NCBI RefSeq assembly: GCF_018350175.1
Contig: NC_058383.1
Coordinates: forward strand, 30,878,001 to 30,942,000
Source of the DNA: Felis catus
Lineage: Eukaryota
DNA length: 64,000 nt
Reading direction: 5' to 3'
Shown: positions 24,419 through 37,304 of the stretch, in pieces
Layout: each line of letters opens with the position of its first letter
How positions within the stretch are numbered: position 1 is the stretch's first letter
Translations under genes and position numbers: made by a program
Notes under the pieces: generated by a model
What the model saw: the letters and a program-made list of their open reading frames with translations, nothing else
The model's database searches: none
What the model was told of the DNA's origin: nothing

Positions 24419-24628
24419 GAGAGCTTCTCAACCTCAGCCTTACTGACATCTGGGCCAGATGACTCTGTGCAGTGGGAGTCGCCCCGTGCGCTCTAGGACA
24501 GGCAGCCTCTCCAACCTCCACCCACTGGAGGCCAGCAGCAGCCCCCAGGTTCGGACGCCCAAAGGTGCCCCCAGGCATTGCCAAACGCTGCCTCGGGAAC
24601 AAGATGGTTCCTGGTGGAGAATCGCTGA
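24419..24628. mobile_element. MER20-like hAT MITE
   Basis: ttctcaacctcagccttactgacatctgggccagatgactct...ccaggcattgccaaacg...ggtggagaatcgctg. Confidence 0.8.
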
Positions 24629-25989
24629 AGGACATCATCTCAGAGAAGTCCCACGACGTGCCCGAGTCATACAACTAGTACCTGTGCCAAGCACCTTTAC
24701 AGCTGTTCTCGTGTCTCTTTTAAGCTTCACGATAATTTGACAGAGCGAGTACAGCTACCCCTGGCCTACAGATGACTAAACTGAGGTTCAGAGGGGCTCA
24801 CCAGCTTGCCCACACAGCTGGAAACTGCCCTTTTGCAGAACTGGAGCCGAAAGGCCCGTGGGGCTCAAGCTGCTGGGACGCGGTCAGATAGATTATCCCG
24901 TTTTAGGACAGGGAGGGTGGGAGGCGCTCAGCAAAGCAGTTTGCGTTGGAAACCAGCTGCTTGTTGAAGCGAGGCCATCACTGCATCACGGCCTTTTGTT
25001 TGCCTCCGAGGGCCCAAAAGCTGCTGCAGGGGATAGCTCTTTGTTGGTAAATAAACAGAGAGGGTCACGGGTCACCCCGCACACCGGGCCACCACCGGAT
25101 CGTTAAATGACGGCTTATAGGAGGCGGCTACCGCTCGGCGATTAGTTACTAATACTTCTAACCCGAGGGCGCCTTTCTGCCCCCCACCAAGAATGCTGCT
25201 GTCAAAGGAAATGAAGTCTCAACCCGCCGGAGCCGGCAGGGAAGCTCATTTTCTGTCACTGTGCATCTCCGTATTCTCACAGAGCCCTGAAATTGTGTTT
25301 ATGAACCTAATGTGTACTTTAGAGCAATGCGCTGAGTAGTAATGAGAACATAAATCTCAAGAGTTTGGGGGCCAGTGGGCAGAGCATTGTGGACTAAATA
25401 AAAATAACAGTAAGCCCCTCAGGAGATCTCCGATTCAAGGAGAGAGCGGCCGCTGTTTTGGCAATGCGTGGACTCTCTCCCTTGCTTGCAGAAGGTAAGC
25501 CTTTGGTCTAAATTCATGATCAAAAGCCTTGCCTCCCAGGGCTAGGTCCCCAGTGTGACTGCTCAGTGCAGCTCAAACTCTGTCTTCTGGCCGGCAGATG
25601 AGCACATGGAGTGTGGCCAATTCTACCTCCTCCTGTGTTTCGGGTTTACTCCCTCTTCTCCACTCCTGAGCTCAGTCCCTTCATCAACTCCTGCCAGGAC
25701 TCTCAAAAACGGCCTGCAATTGACCCCACCTCTCCACTGCCACAGTGATCGGCCTCAGTCACCAGTCCCATGTGTCACTCCCCTCTGAAACACTCCGCGG
25801 GGCCCTCATCATGTGCTGCGTAACGCCCAACCCGCTCGGCACAGCAGACGAGGCCCCCCTTGCCAGCCTGTACCGGACGTGTGTTGCTTTGGGCCACCTG
25901 GTTCAGCCGGTTCCCTCTGGTTACCGGGGCCTGCCAGCTCTTCCGGAAGCTGCCATCCTCTCCTCTCACACTGCATGCTCCGGGTGGTA

Positions 25990-26370
25990 TCTGTGACCCA
26001 GGCATAAGCCCATCGGCTCATGCCTTCATGCCCCTGGCCACGGCAACTGGTTCAAGAATGGACATGTGACCGCCTATGACGTGGTGAGGCTGTGGCTGCA
26101 ATTAATGGGAAAGAGATTCTCTTTCCTCGCTGACTTGAAGGGGAGTGTATTTAGAGCTCCTACTGGCCACTTGTGCTGACGAGAAGAACCCCACAGAGAA
26201 TGCCCGCAGAGAACACAGGACATGCTGAGAACAGGCCCACTTGTCTGTGCCCCTGGTCAACCCGGAAGCTAGCCCTACACCAAGGCTGTTTGCTTGCAGG
26301 GCTTAACACATTTCCTTTTGGCTGAAGCCAATTTCGGTTGAGCTTTCCGCCATTTCCACGTGAAAGGGCC
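25990..26370 (+). mobile_element. Old MaLR LTR (MLT1-type)
   Basis: cccctggccacggcaactggttcaagaatggacatgtgacc...ttcctttt...gaagccaatttcggttgagcttt. Confidence 0.6.
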
Positions 26371-29300
26371 AGACGGAAACCTCGCTGGCCACACTGCACC
26401 GCATCATCTAGCTGACCTGACTCGTTCAAGCTCCCCACGTGTGCCATGCTCCCTTTCCTGTCTATGCCTCTTCTCAGCCTGAGCTCTTCACCCATCCCCA
26501 CACTGCCTTCTTCGCCTGGTGAGTCCTACTCATCAAGCACCTTCTCCTCGGAATGCCCTTCCCTGCTCGCTCCTCCTCCCTGGGGTAGCCTATTTGCATT
26601 TCCCGATGGTGCCCTGAGCCAACCTCTGTCACCTGCTGCTGGGCCTGTCTTCTCTGTCTCCCCTAGACTGGGCACCATCTGAGGACAAGGAGCTGCGTGT
26701 CCTCATCTCTCTACCCCTCTTTTGAGAACCACACTTGGCACTGAGTGGGTCACTTGGACAACGTTTTTTGAATCTGAACTGAGTTTTGCTCCAGTGGAAA
26801 CCTCAGGGCAGCCGGTAAGCGTTTCAGTACCTTGAATAATTGACCACGGGGAATCAAACTCTGGGTAGGGTCAGTGACTGTGAAAGCTAAGAAATCACTA
26901 CTGTCCAAACGGGAAAGGAAAACACTTAATGAAGTGAGGAAAGGGACAGGGCTGGAGACGAGGGCCTCATATTCAAAGCAACCCATCAGAATGGCTTCCT
27001 GTGGTGGAGAAAGACAGACAGACATGACTCCGAACCAGGCACATGGGAAGTCTCGGCTGTGTCTCTGGGTGTTGGGCAGCCACTGCTATAATTAGCACGA
27101 TATACCAACATCTGAATGAACAGGATGAGGTCCTATGACGGAGTCAGGCTTTTCTAGGCAACAAGGTGGGCCAGAGGATTATCTGGAAAAATCACCTGCT
27201 TTCTCCCCCTCATTGGCTTAGAACCTTGAGTATTTCCCAGATGTTGAGCTGCACATAAACAGGAGATGTCACAGTGAAAGATGATTATAAGTCAAGTGGA
27301 ATCACTGGCTGGTGGTTTAAGGACAAAAATGCCCAATTGACTTGAACAATTTTAAGAATCTGCAGTTTAAGAAAGATGTTCTGCAGCGACTGAAGTGTCA
27401 CATAAAAACATGGTCAATACTCAGCTGGTGTCAGCGACAGTCGCCGTCACCTCTAAGAGAGGATTTCAACTACAGGAACTGGGGTGGCCCGCTGTAGTTG
27501 GGGTGGGGGAGGGTGATTTTCAGGAAATGCACAAGCTCTGAAATAAGACAGATTGGATCCAAGCCTGGGTTCTGTCACTTCCAAGCTGGGGGGGGCTTCG
27601 GTCAGCTCGCTCCACCTCTCTGAACTTCGACGCCCTCCTCTTCGGTGGAGAGGTTCTCTCTCACTGCCGTTGCCCTGCAGGGCTGTTATGAGGCAGAGGC
27701 ACATATACTCACGATGACCAGCACACTCTCACGAATAACGTCTTAGTCGTCCCTGATCTCTCCAGGATCTCTCCCGGGCCCTGGGCTATGTGAGAGCAGT
27801 CTCAGCGATTATAACAGGACTTGGAGGGCTTTTTATCTTAGGTAACCACGTGAAGCACGTTCTCTGGAAGCCCCCCCCCCCCCCGTCTCTTCCTGACAAC
27901 GGTGCTACTCCTGGAGACTTTCCAGCTCTGTGGAGTGGGGCAGGGAAGGAGGGGCTCTGTGAGTGGCAGGGCTATTTTAGCTTTTGTTCAGTAAAATGAA
28001 GCATTGTAATTAGTCACATCACAAAAACAATCTCCGGAATGAGCTCTGAAAAACAACACATGACTTGACAGCCTCGTCTGTTAACCTGCATTTCAACTCA
28101 GAACGGGGAATTTCCAAAACGCATCCAATTAGGCCTCCTGACCAACCGGTTTTCATTTTCAATTTTTAGACTCCGCTAACAACAAACACCCACTAACGTG
28201 AACTTCTGTCCATTTATAGAAAAAGGCCAGGTAGAAAAGTACCTGAGGTTCATGCTAATGCCCTGTGGGCCTTCTTCACCTACTTAAATACTTCAGGAAT
28301 CACAGTTATTATTTGAAGGAACGGCCCTAGTCTGTGGTACTTACCATGTTTATATCCTGCCCTGTTAAATAAAGAACTTAAGGCAACTTACAGGGATACA
28401 TTTCATAAAGCAGGATACCCCAAACAGGCATTTTATACAGAAAGCTTGGTGCATAGGGGCATCGGTTCGAAGTGCTTCCCCTGAGTTGACTCACTGAATC
28501 CTCACAACTTGAGGTACAGAGAGGTGCCCTCACTTGTCCAAGGCTACACAGCTAGCACAGCCGGGCCATCAGGACCCAAAGCCTGACCCCCTGCCCTGGC
28601 ACACACCCTAATCAGTGCCATTTAAAAGACTGATTGTGGATATGCTGTAAGGCAGGCTCAAACAGTCCCATGGGGATGGAGAAGAGGTGACATCTAGCCA
28701 GGTAAGAAGATTCCAGAGGAGTCACAGAGGGCAGGCGGGGAATGGAGAGGAAGACAGGGAGAGAAAATGCAGTCAGAGCGAACATCATCTGAATTCCAGA
28801 GAGACCAGAGGAGTGAGAGAACGAACAACAGTGTGGCCACAATGCAGAGGAAGGAAGCGCTGATGCTTCAGACCTGACTTAGGGAGGACGTGTTCACATC
28901 AAGTCCATGTCAAGTCCACGGGGCCACCATGAATATCTGGCCTATCAAATGTCAGTGAAGTTGTCTTCAGTTGGCAGGTAAAGGTAACGGGAGACATTTT
29001 CCCCAAGAGTCTGGAGAGCTGGAGGAGGTGGCTGTCCCCGGAAGCTGCAAACAAGAGATCTGAGCACGGGATGCCACCTTCGAGAAAGGGAGATGCCACC
29101 AGCTTGCAGGATCAGCCTGGCACCTCCCTACAAGCAGGTGTTAGGCTGGGCCACATTCTGTAGGTGTGACACAAAACCACAATGATGATGCAATTCCACC
29201 TAACAGTTTTCTAAGAAGTACTGTGTCGAGCTTAAGGAAGTGGGCAATGGCACTGCCCCTGTCACCATTGTCCCAGGGAGACAGAATTTCTCCCAACGGT

Positions 29301-30884
29301 CATTCGGACTGCACTGGGAAGACCTTCTCTACCGGGAGGTGAAACATGCATCCATCCTAGCTCAGCCCTAGCGAAGGGCAATTCACCTAACGGGACCCGG
29401 CGTCTGAAATATGCAGCAACCTTCTAACTAGTGTCCGACCACCCGGGTCACAACCAGGTTTCCCATGAAAGCAAAGGATGGGAGTGTTTCGCACTCAGCC
29501 CTGGATGCAGTGATCAGCATATTTACGGACCGAAAGAATGAATGAACAGAACAATAAGACTGCAGGCACGTATAAACACACACCTTGCAGTAGTTCGGAT
29601 CCCGTCCCCAAAACGAACGACAGGAGCCACCCTTCTTGTTTGTGCGGTTTTGATTTTTCTTCCCAGGGTGTCCCCAGGCTTATGATCACAGCATTCTGGT
29701 TTTGCTTTGAGGGTCCTGTCCCTCGACCTTACTTTCAACCAACCTGTTACTACACCTCCAGGAAGGGAAAACCAGGGCTCCTGGGGAAGCCATGAATGCT
29801 GCTCTGCCATGAAGCCCTGCAAAGAACCTCCTCCACACGGCCAGCTCCTTCAGAGGAAAACATTTACTGCTCGCTATTTCGAGAAATGTTCTTGACAAGC
29901 TCTTTCAACTCTCTCTTCTGTTCATCGAGCACACAATGGGTGCCTCTTGGAGTGCTAGATCAATCCTGAATTACTCATTCAATTAAAGAAGGTTAACGCA
30001 TTAAATACGCCACCAGATGATAAAGAACAATACCGACTGTGCTATGCTTTTAAGATTTGAAGGAGAGACTCTGAAAGGAGCTTCCTGGTCTTAAAACAAA
30101 TGGAACAAGAAGCTACTGTTTCAGCTGCACATCCGGGCGGGGGACAGGGGGCTGCGCAAGAGGCAGGATGTGCACGGCAAGGGGCGTGTACTTGAACCCG
30201 TGTGCGTCTGAATGCAGCCTCCTCCGCTCACACACGCATTTACTAGCTGGCTACTCTGGGGAAGCTGCTTAGCCTCCTGGCGTTTGACCTCCTCGTTGTA
30301 GAAGAGGACCAGTAACAGTACCTCCCTCAGAGGAGGGTCCCGAAGCTGGCGCTGGTAAACACCCAAGAGGCTCTCAGTAGACGGCCAGGCGCACAGTAGG
30401 TACCGCGGTGAGGGTCAGCCACTTTCATCGGTGACACCCACTCACTGTGAGGGTTGCTGAGACGGGGGGGCGGGGCGGGGGGAGCTGACACACTGCAGAT
30501 GGAGAATTTCTGGGCCAAGTCTACACGGAGGCCACGTTTCTGCAGATGAGAAAACTGAGCTTAGGTTCACCCAGGAAGCTTCCAGCTAAGGCGTCAGCTT
30601 TCCTCCGGGCCCTTCCCAGGTTGACGTCACCCTAGTCAACCATTCACTTAGCTTGTTCATGCATTCAGCCAGGCATCCAGCCATCTCACAGGCACTGAGC
30701 ATCTCACAGGCTACGTGTCCGTGTTACGAGACACGGGGCCTGGGAAGAAAGCACCACTGCCCTCAATGGGCTCGCACTTGATCGGGAGACATACACAGAA
30801 TCGGCCTGGGAGGATACAGCTTAGAAAGTGCAGAACAGGGGAACAGAGCCCCAGTGTGTGAGCGCCCTGAAGGGGGACATCTAG

Positions 30885-31090
30885 CAGGGAGCAGTGTTTT
30901 CCGTAAAGGACCAGACAGTAAGTGTCAGGCTTTCTGGCATATACGGGCCCAGTCACAAAGACTCGACTCTGCTGCTGTAGCAGAAAAACAGCCAGAGACA
31001 ACACGAAGTGGGCATGGTGCCCCCCTCGGCACACTATGGGGAGTCCACACTGGCACGGTTGTCAGGAAGGGACCAGGTGAAGGTTTCTAG
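30885..31090. mobile_element. MER58-like MITE
   Basis: ttttccgtaaaggaccagacagtaagt...ggctttctggcatatacgg...actcgactctgctgctgtagcagaaaaacagccagagacaac. Confidence 0.75.
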
Positions 31091-31384
31091 AAAACGTGCT
31101 TCAAATGGTTATTGGAGATAAATACCACAGACTAGCAGCATCCTTCAAATAGAGTCTAGGATTCCCAAAGCATTCAGGTAGTTCAAGGAGGCCCACGGGG
31201 CATCTGCATGACCTTCGGGTACCTTTCTACCTGGCTTTTTTCTGTAAACAGACAGAAGTACACATCATTGGGTGCCTGTCGTTAGCGGAATTTTAAAAAT
31301 CGAAAACAAAAGCTTTCCAGTTGCGCAGCCTCGTCTCGGGTACCCTGCAGACTCAATCGATACTTTATGAATCAATTCTTACCT

Positions 31385-32475
31385 GCACGAACAACAAAAG
31401 AAAAAAAAAAACAGATAAACTGGACTTCATCAAAATTAAGATCTTTTGTGCTTCAAAGGACACCGTCAACAAAGTGGAAAAACAACCACAGAATGGAGAA
31501 AACATCTGCCGGCCGTGTATCTGATCAGGGTCTTGCATCCAGGATATACAAGAGAACTCTTACGGCTCAAAAATCAAATTAAAATATAGCCGAGTTTGAA
31601 AATGAGCAACGGACTGCGACAGACATTCCTCCAATGAAATGATACAAACAGCCAGTAAGCACATGAGAGGATGCTCCACACCGTTAGCCAGCAGGGAAAA
31701 GAAAATCCAAAGCTCAGCGAGACGCTACATGATACTGCCAGGACGGCTGCGACCAGAAAAAGTGACCCACGACCCGGCAACTCCCGCCCTGAGTGTAGAC
31801 CCGAGAGGACAGAAACCCAGCACCCAGCAAACACAGCCCCGTTATGCACAGCAACCAAAAAGGAGGAAGCCGAAAGTCTGTCAGTGGACGAACGGATACC
31901 CAAAACGAGCTATAGATCCCTACGATGTTTTTAGCTGTAGAACGGAACAAAGCGCGGACACAGCAAAAGCGTTATGCTGAGTGAAAGAAGCCAGACACAA
32001 AAGGCACGTGATGTACGATTTAGATGATTCCACGGACACGCAATGTCACAAAAAAGGGAACCCGGCAAAGAAAGTCAATTCCTGGTTTCCAGGGGGTCGG
32101 GGGAGAGGGTCGGGATGGGGAGTGACATCTAATGTGCCCAGGGTTTCTTTTGAGGCTGAGGAAAATATCCTGGGATCAGATAATGGTACTTTTTTTAAAA
32201 TTTATTGAGCATGAGGGGAGGATGGGCAGAGAGAGAGGGAGGGAGAGAATGAGAATCCCAAGGAGGCTCTGTGCTGTCAGTCTCAGCCCGACTCAGGACT
32301 CAGACCTATGAACTTCGAGATCACAATCTGAGCCGAAATCAAGAGTCAGACTTAGCCACCCAGGTGCCCCAGACAGTGGGACAGTTCTGCACAATCTTGT
32401 GAACCTACTAAAAAGTGAGTGACCTTACACTTCAAGAAGGTCAGTTTTATCGTACGTGATTTCTACCTCAATCTT
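31385..32475 (+). mobile_element. Old L1M 3' fragment with internal deletions and a nested SINE
   Basis: gataaactggacttcatcaaaattaagatcttttgtgcttcaaaggacacc...ttatgctgagtgaaagaagccagacacaaaagg. Confidence 0.88.
32188..32370 (-). mobile_element. CanSINE nested in L1
   Basis: Poly-T, GA tract, gaatcccaaggaggctctgtgctgtcag...gccacccaggtgcccc. Confidence 0.85.
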
Positions 32476-33892
32476 TCAAGAGGGAGAGAGAAGAGAGATG
32501 GTCAGAGGCAAGGAGGGGATCACGGGAAATCGGCCCTGCTCTTTGCTGCGTTCTGACTTTGGCCTTCATGACCATCAGCTTGCTCAGCCTCGAAACGCTC
32601 CAGGGAGGTGGTGACAGGGGCTTCTTACACCTCGGGCTCTGAGAGGCGATGCCGCAAGGCCATGCAAGCGGGGAGGCAAAGTCGAGACGTCTGCCCGCGC
32701 CCCCTGTGCCACTACGAGCTGGACGGGACGGCCGCGCTCCCCGGTGCTGTGTGCGGTCTGCCCACAGGACAGAGCCAGGACGGAGGACGGAAAACCAGGA
32801 CCAGGTGCTGGCGAGCGTCAGCCAGAAAACGCACTGGGCAGTTTGGCGTTCTGACTCCCTCCAGTGGGGATGACCTATCGCTGCCTCTGGGTAAAAGGGG
32901 AGACTCAGGTTCTGGGAGGTAAAGTGACTAGAGTCAGTAAACCAGACTTCAGGGCCCAGCCAATAGGGGACCCGCCCTGACCGCACCCCTGCATACTGGG
33001 TGCTGCCGCTTCCTGTGGAAGACTTCAGAGGGCCTTTTAACTCAGTGCTCAGGCTGAGACCCATCTCTCAGCAGGTCAGACCCTCCTGCTCTGGGCCCAC
33101 ACTGGCTCCCACCCTCTTCCTGAGGTGGCTTCCCACCTCTCGCAGCAGCTTAATGACCCTGGAAAGACGGGCCACATTAATGAGAGCAGAGGGGAAGCCT
33201 TCCTCTGGACGTGGCCACCCCCTGGACACTGGGGCTGCCAGCCTGCGGCCATGACAGAAAACAGGAGTCTACATGGCTAGCCAGGGGGCCCCGCTGCCCT
33301 CTCCAGCCACACGGGCCTCCACGCGGCGCCCCCACACCTCCCAGGAGTCTAGGGCGCCCCTTGCACCCCTGCACCTGGTGACCTGCCCCGCCTCTGTTGT
33401 GAAGGTGCTCATGGAGCTGTGGTCCTGGTGCTCTGAGCAGCCCCTCTGCTCCCTAATGGTGTGCATGTGACCGTGAACGCCCGCAGAGAAACTAGCTCTT
33501 CCCCCTGTGCAGAAGCTCCCAAAGGTCCGTGAGAACGGGAACCGCGTTAGCTTTTCCTGTCTCCCACGTGCTCGGCACCCGGCCCCCCTGGCACTCGGTG
33601 AGTCTGTGCCCAAGGAAGGCCCCAGTCTGTGCTACCTTCACCTGAGAGGCCCTGGGGGCACACGGCTAAATGGGTGTAAGGTGAGATCAAACCATCACTT
33701 AAAATACAGAGTCCGTTGGAGCAACTGGGCCAGGTTAAAGTGAGAGGGGTTAACGGAAGGTAGACACAAAGTGCCCAGGGACGAGAAAAGGGGAAGGAAC
33801 AACAGAAGGACAAGGGGGCACGGGGTCCAGCTGAACTTATGAAGCAGGTGCAGGGGCCCAGAGGAGGGATGACGCCTTAGCTGGAAGTCGGG

Positions 33893-33926
33893 TGGGGACG
33901 GGCAGGGACGGGCGGGGACGGGCAGG
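33893..33926 (+). repeat. 10-mer GGGACGGGCR repeated three times
   Basis: ggggacgggcagggacgggcggggacgggcagg. Confidence 0.75.
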
Positions 33927-36900
33927 CCTGTACTGAGCCTGGGGGCCTCGCCACACTGGTAGCCACCTTGGTCACCTGACGCCACTGAGCAGGTTGAGAA
34001 TGAGCACAGCCAGAGGCCCCACAAGCCGGCCCAAAAGTTAAGTCCCCGGGGCCGTACGAGAGATCAGCAGTCAACTCCACTGTCCTGGCAGTCCCAGGCT
34101 CAGACTCTGTTATTTGTTGCTGAGCACAAGGCTCTGTGTCTGCCCCCACGCACCCGCACACCCAGAGGGCAAGCTTTGAGTCTCCTCCTGTAAAGGGAAG
34201 AGGGGCGGGGAGATCCAGGGTGCTGGTGTGCTCCTGGCATCTCCCGGAGCCTTTGGGCCTGGCTGGTCAGGAGGGTGGGGAAGGAGCCAGGGCGACACGG
34301 CAAAGAAGGATCGGCGCAGGGCGACAGACGTCATCCTCGCTCCCAGCCCCACCCTTCCCCCTTTTTTTTGCCAACCTATTTCAGACGTGCGGCCCCCAAC
34401 TGGGCTCAGGTGACACGTGCCCTCCACAAAGACCTCCCTGACTCCCAGGTCTGGAAGAGGCCACCTACCCCTGCACTCCCACTGCCCCGGGACGCCCCTC
34501 TCTCTCCACGCCTGACCCGCCACATCACAAGGACCTGATCACGTGATTCTCTCCCCCTCCGGAACAGAGATGCGATGCAGCAGGCCTGGGGCCCTCTGCC
34601 CCATCCTCAGCAGAGGGCACAGCAGGGGCCTGCTACGGTACTCGGAGGCTACGGAGAATGAATGAAAACAGGAGGAGCGAAGAAGAGAGAGAGGAACAGA
34701 ACAGGAAGAGGCGGAGGGAGAAAGAAATACATCACATTACATCTGGCTACGGTGAAACAATATAGGCTCTCAGCAACATCGTCCAGAACAATATTGTTTT
34801 TGTGTCTTTGCAGACACACTCTGTCATTCTAAGCCCGACAAGAAAGGTCTTTCAGAATCTTAGGTCCGATAACTTCTGTTCATATATTCCCAGATGCCAC
34901 CCCCCACCCTTCCCCCCGCGCCGGGCCAACCCTCAAGTTCACAGTCCAGGAAAGCAAAGTGAGGCCTGCAGAAGTGAAAGGGCCAGGCCAAGGTCACCCA
35001 GGCAAGAAGCAGCATGGGCCAACAGCCAGGGCACGGCGGCCAGGGGCCAAGAACCCACCAGAGACCCTTCAGGCCCAAGTGGGGTCAGAGAGGCCCCCTT
35101 GGCCTCCCGGAATCCTCAGCCAGGTCAGTGCCTGAGCAGTCGGGGGTGTGAACGCCTGTCTGAGCAACACACGTGCCTTCCTGAAACGGCATCTGGCAGC
35201 GAGGGAAGCAGCCAGGTGCTCGCTCCCCGCTCCAGCAGGCAGCCGCACACCTTACACGCTCAGATGTCACGCATCGTGCCGATGCCAAGCTGTCACGTCT
35301 CCTTGTACTAAAAATGGTGCCGTGTTCCTGTCTTCGTTCCTTTCCCGCTCTCTGAATAGAAACGTCTGTCTGTGAGCTCCCTAACCCGCTGCCTCCCGTC
35401 CCGAGCCTGAGGCCGGGGCCCAGACAGGGGATGTGGCCCCCGACTGTGCCTCCGCTGCTCACGCGGATCTCGGGCAGCACCCTCAGGCATTTCCCACAAA
35501 ATGGCTCTAATTCCTCTGGAAAACCCATCTTGAGACACGGTTGCATCTCAGTCTAAGACTCCTGGGGTTGCGTGTGGGCCCCAAGCGAACACCACGGACC
35601 CCTTTTCCACCCGATCCCAGTAGCTGCCCAACGAATGAGGCTGATCTGAAACCGAGAGACTAGCCCAGGGCCCTTGATTGCACTCAAGGGGGGACACACA
35701 CCGTAGCAGGCGAGTCAGGCAGAGGCGATGGTCCTCGGAAAGGAAGCAGCAAGGGTTGGAATCTAAGTCCAGAGAGACTGGGGAGTGGGGGCTGCTGAAG
35801 GTCGACCTCTGTTCTGCATCTGGGAATGTTCCCTTGCAAACACCAGGAGGCCAGACGGGATCGACAATTCTCATGACTTTCCTTCCAGAAGACCCACTAA
35901 GGGACGTATTCCCATCAGCGGACACGACAGCAGGGGTGAAGACTCATTACGTCTTCACTGCTATTTCCCCTCAGGACGTCTGCCCTGCACGGTTTCTGTT
36001 CTTAACTGACAAGAGCCGCCCAGAAGCCCGGCTAACCCAGACGGGACACCGGTCACCCCCCCACGGCAGGAGCAGACCTCTGCGATGGCCCAGGAGGAAC
36101 GGGACGCGCACGCTTTTCAGGAGAGCACGGTGGGTCCTGTCTGCCCGGCACCCCTTCCCCTGAGAACGCCCTCAACGCCATTCTGTGTGGCATTGCCAGA
36201 GCTCACCTCCACCCGCACCCTGGCCTTCAGGACACGGGCCCAGGCCCGGCAGACCCTGCCACCCCGCGCCCTGTGTCCACAGGCTGGCCAAGTTCATGCA
36301 AGAGGAGGCCCTCTAAGTCCTTCCCAAAAGTAAAACCATCACACCGTGGGTGGAAGTTCTCTGCCCGCTGGCCTGGCTAACCTGGAAGAACAAGCACAAA
36401 CACACTCAAAGATCCGCAAGTAACAATGACCATCGGCTGAACCTCAGAGTGGGGAGGACCGATTCACTCGGTTGCCAGTAAGCTTAAAGGGCACGCCAAC
36501 CAATACAGAAAGCTGACCCCGCGTGCAGCAGCCTGTACTGGCCCACACCCCGGGGCTCCCCCCACGGCACCCACTTTATCTGCTTCCTACAACTAACTGC
36601 TGAATGGGACCACGGGGCTCATTTACTAAGTGGGCCTGTTCACTAGGATGTGGGCTCAATGGCCACAGGGATCGTATCTAGTTGGCCTCGTTAGAGTATC
36701 CCCAGAGCATACAAGAGAAGGTGCTCGATAAATACTGTTGGCGGTTCTCTTGGTTGGTTAATTCGAAGAATGAAAGAATGCACGAATGAAGGAACAAACT
36801 TCCAGAAAGGAGCTTGTGAGCCGTCCGTACATGGTGAGCGTAACTGATCTCATGGGGCCCAGCTAAGAGTTCAGGTAACAGCTCAGAAGGCACTGGGCAC

Positions 36901-37079
36901 TAAATTCTCAATACTCTGAAGCAGAAAATATTTACGTCATTATTCTGTGATTTTGTTCAACTGAGGGAGAAAATAAGAGGGCACTTTATATAACACAGAT
37001 GGGATTCGTTTTCTGAAATTCTTGGCAAACCATCACATTTCTTTTTTTCTGCTTTTATGTATTTATTACAGTATTATTT

Positions 37080-37302
37080 TTTGTTTTATTTTTTTAATTT
37101 TTTAATGTTTTTATTATTTTTGATAGAGACAGAGCACGAGTGGGGGAGGGGCAGAGAGAGAAGGAGACACAGAATCCAAAGCAGGCTCCAGGCTCCGAGC
37201 TGTCAGCACAGAGCCCGACGCGGGGCTCGAACCCACAGTCTGTGAGATCATGACCTGAGCTCAAGTCGGACGCTAAACCAACTGAGCCACCCAGGTGCCC
37301 CT
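37080..37302 (-). mobile_element. CanSINE
   Basis: Reverse-oriented SINE; TSD agtattatttt on both sides. Confidence 0.92.
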
Positions 37303-37304
37303 AG

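Noticed and set aside
32468..36333. Cluster of overlapping 100-200 aa ORFs and CpG-rich sequence suggesting a nested gene or CpG-island promoter
   Set aside because: ORFs on both strands are Arg/Pro/Gly-rich noise. CpG enrichment is diffuse and also affects old repeats, which fits regional GC drift better.
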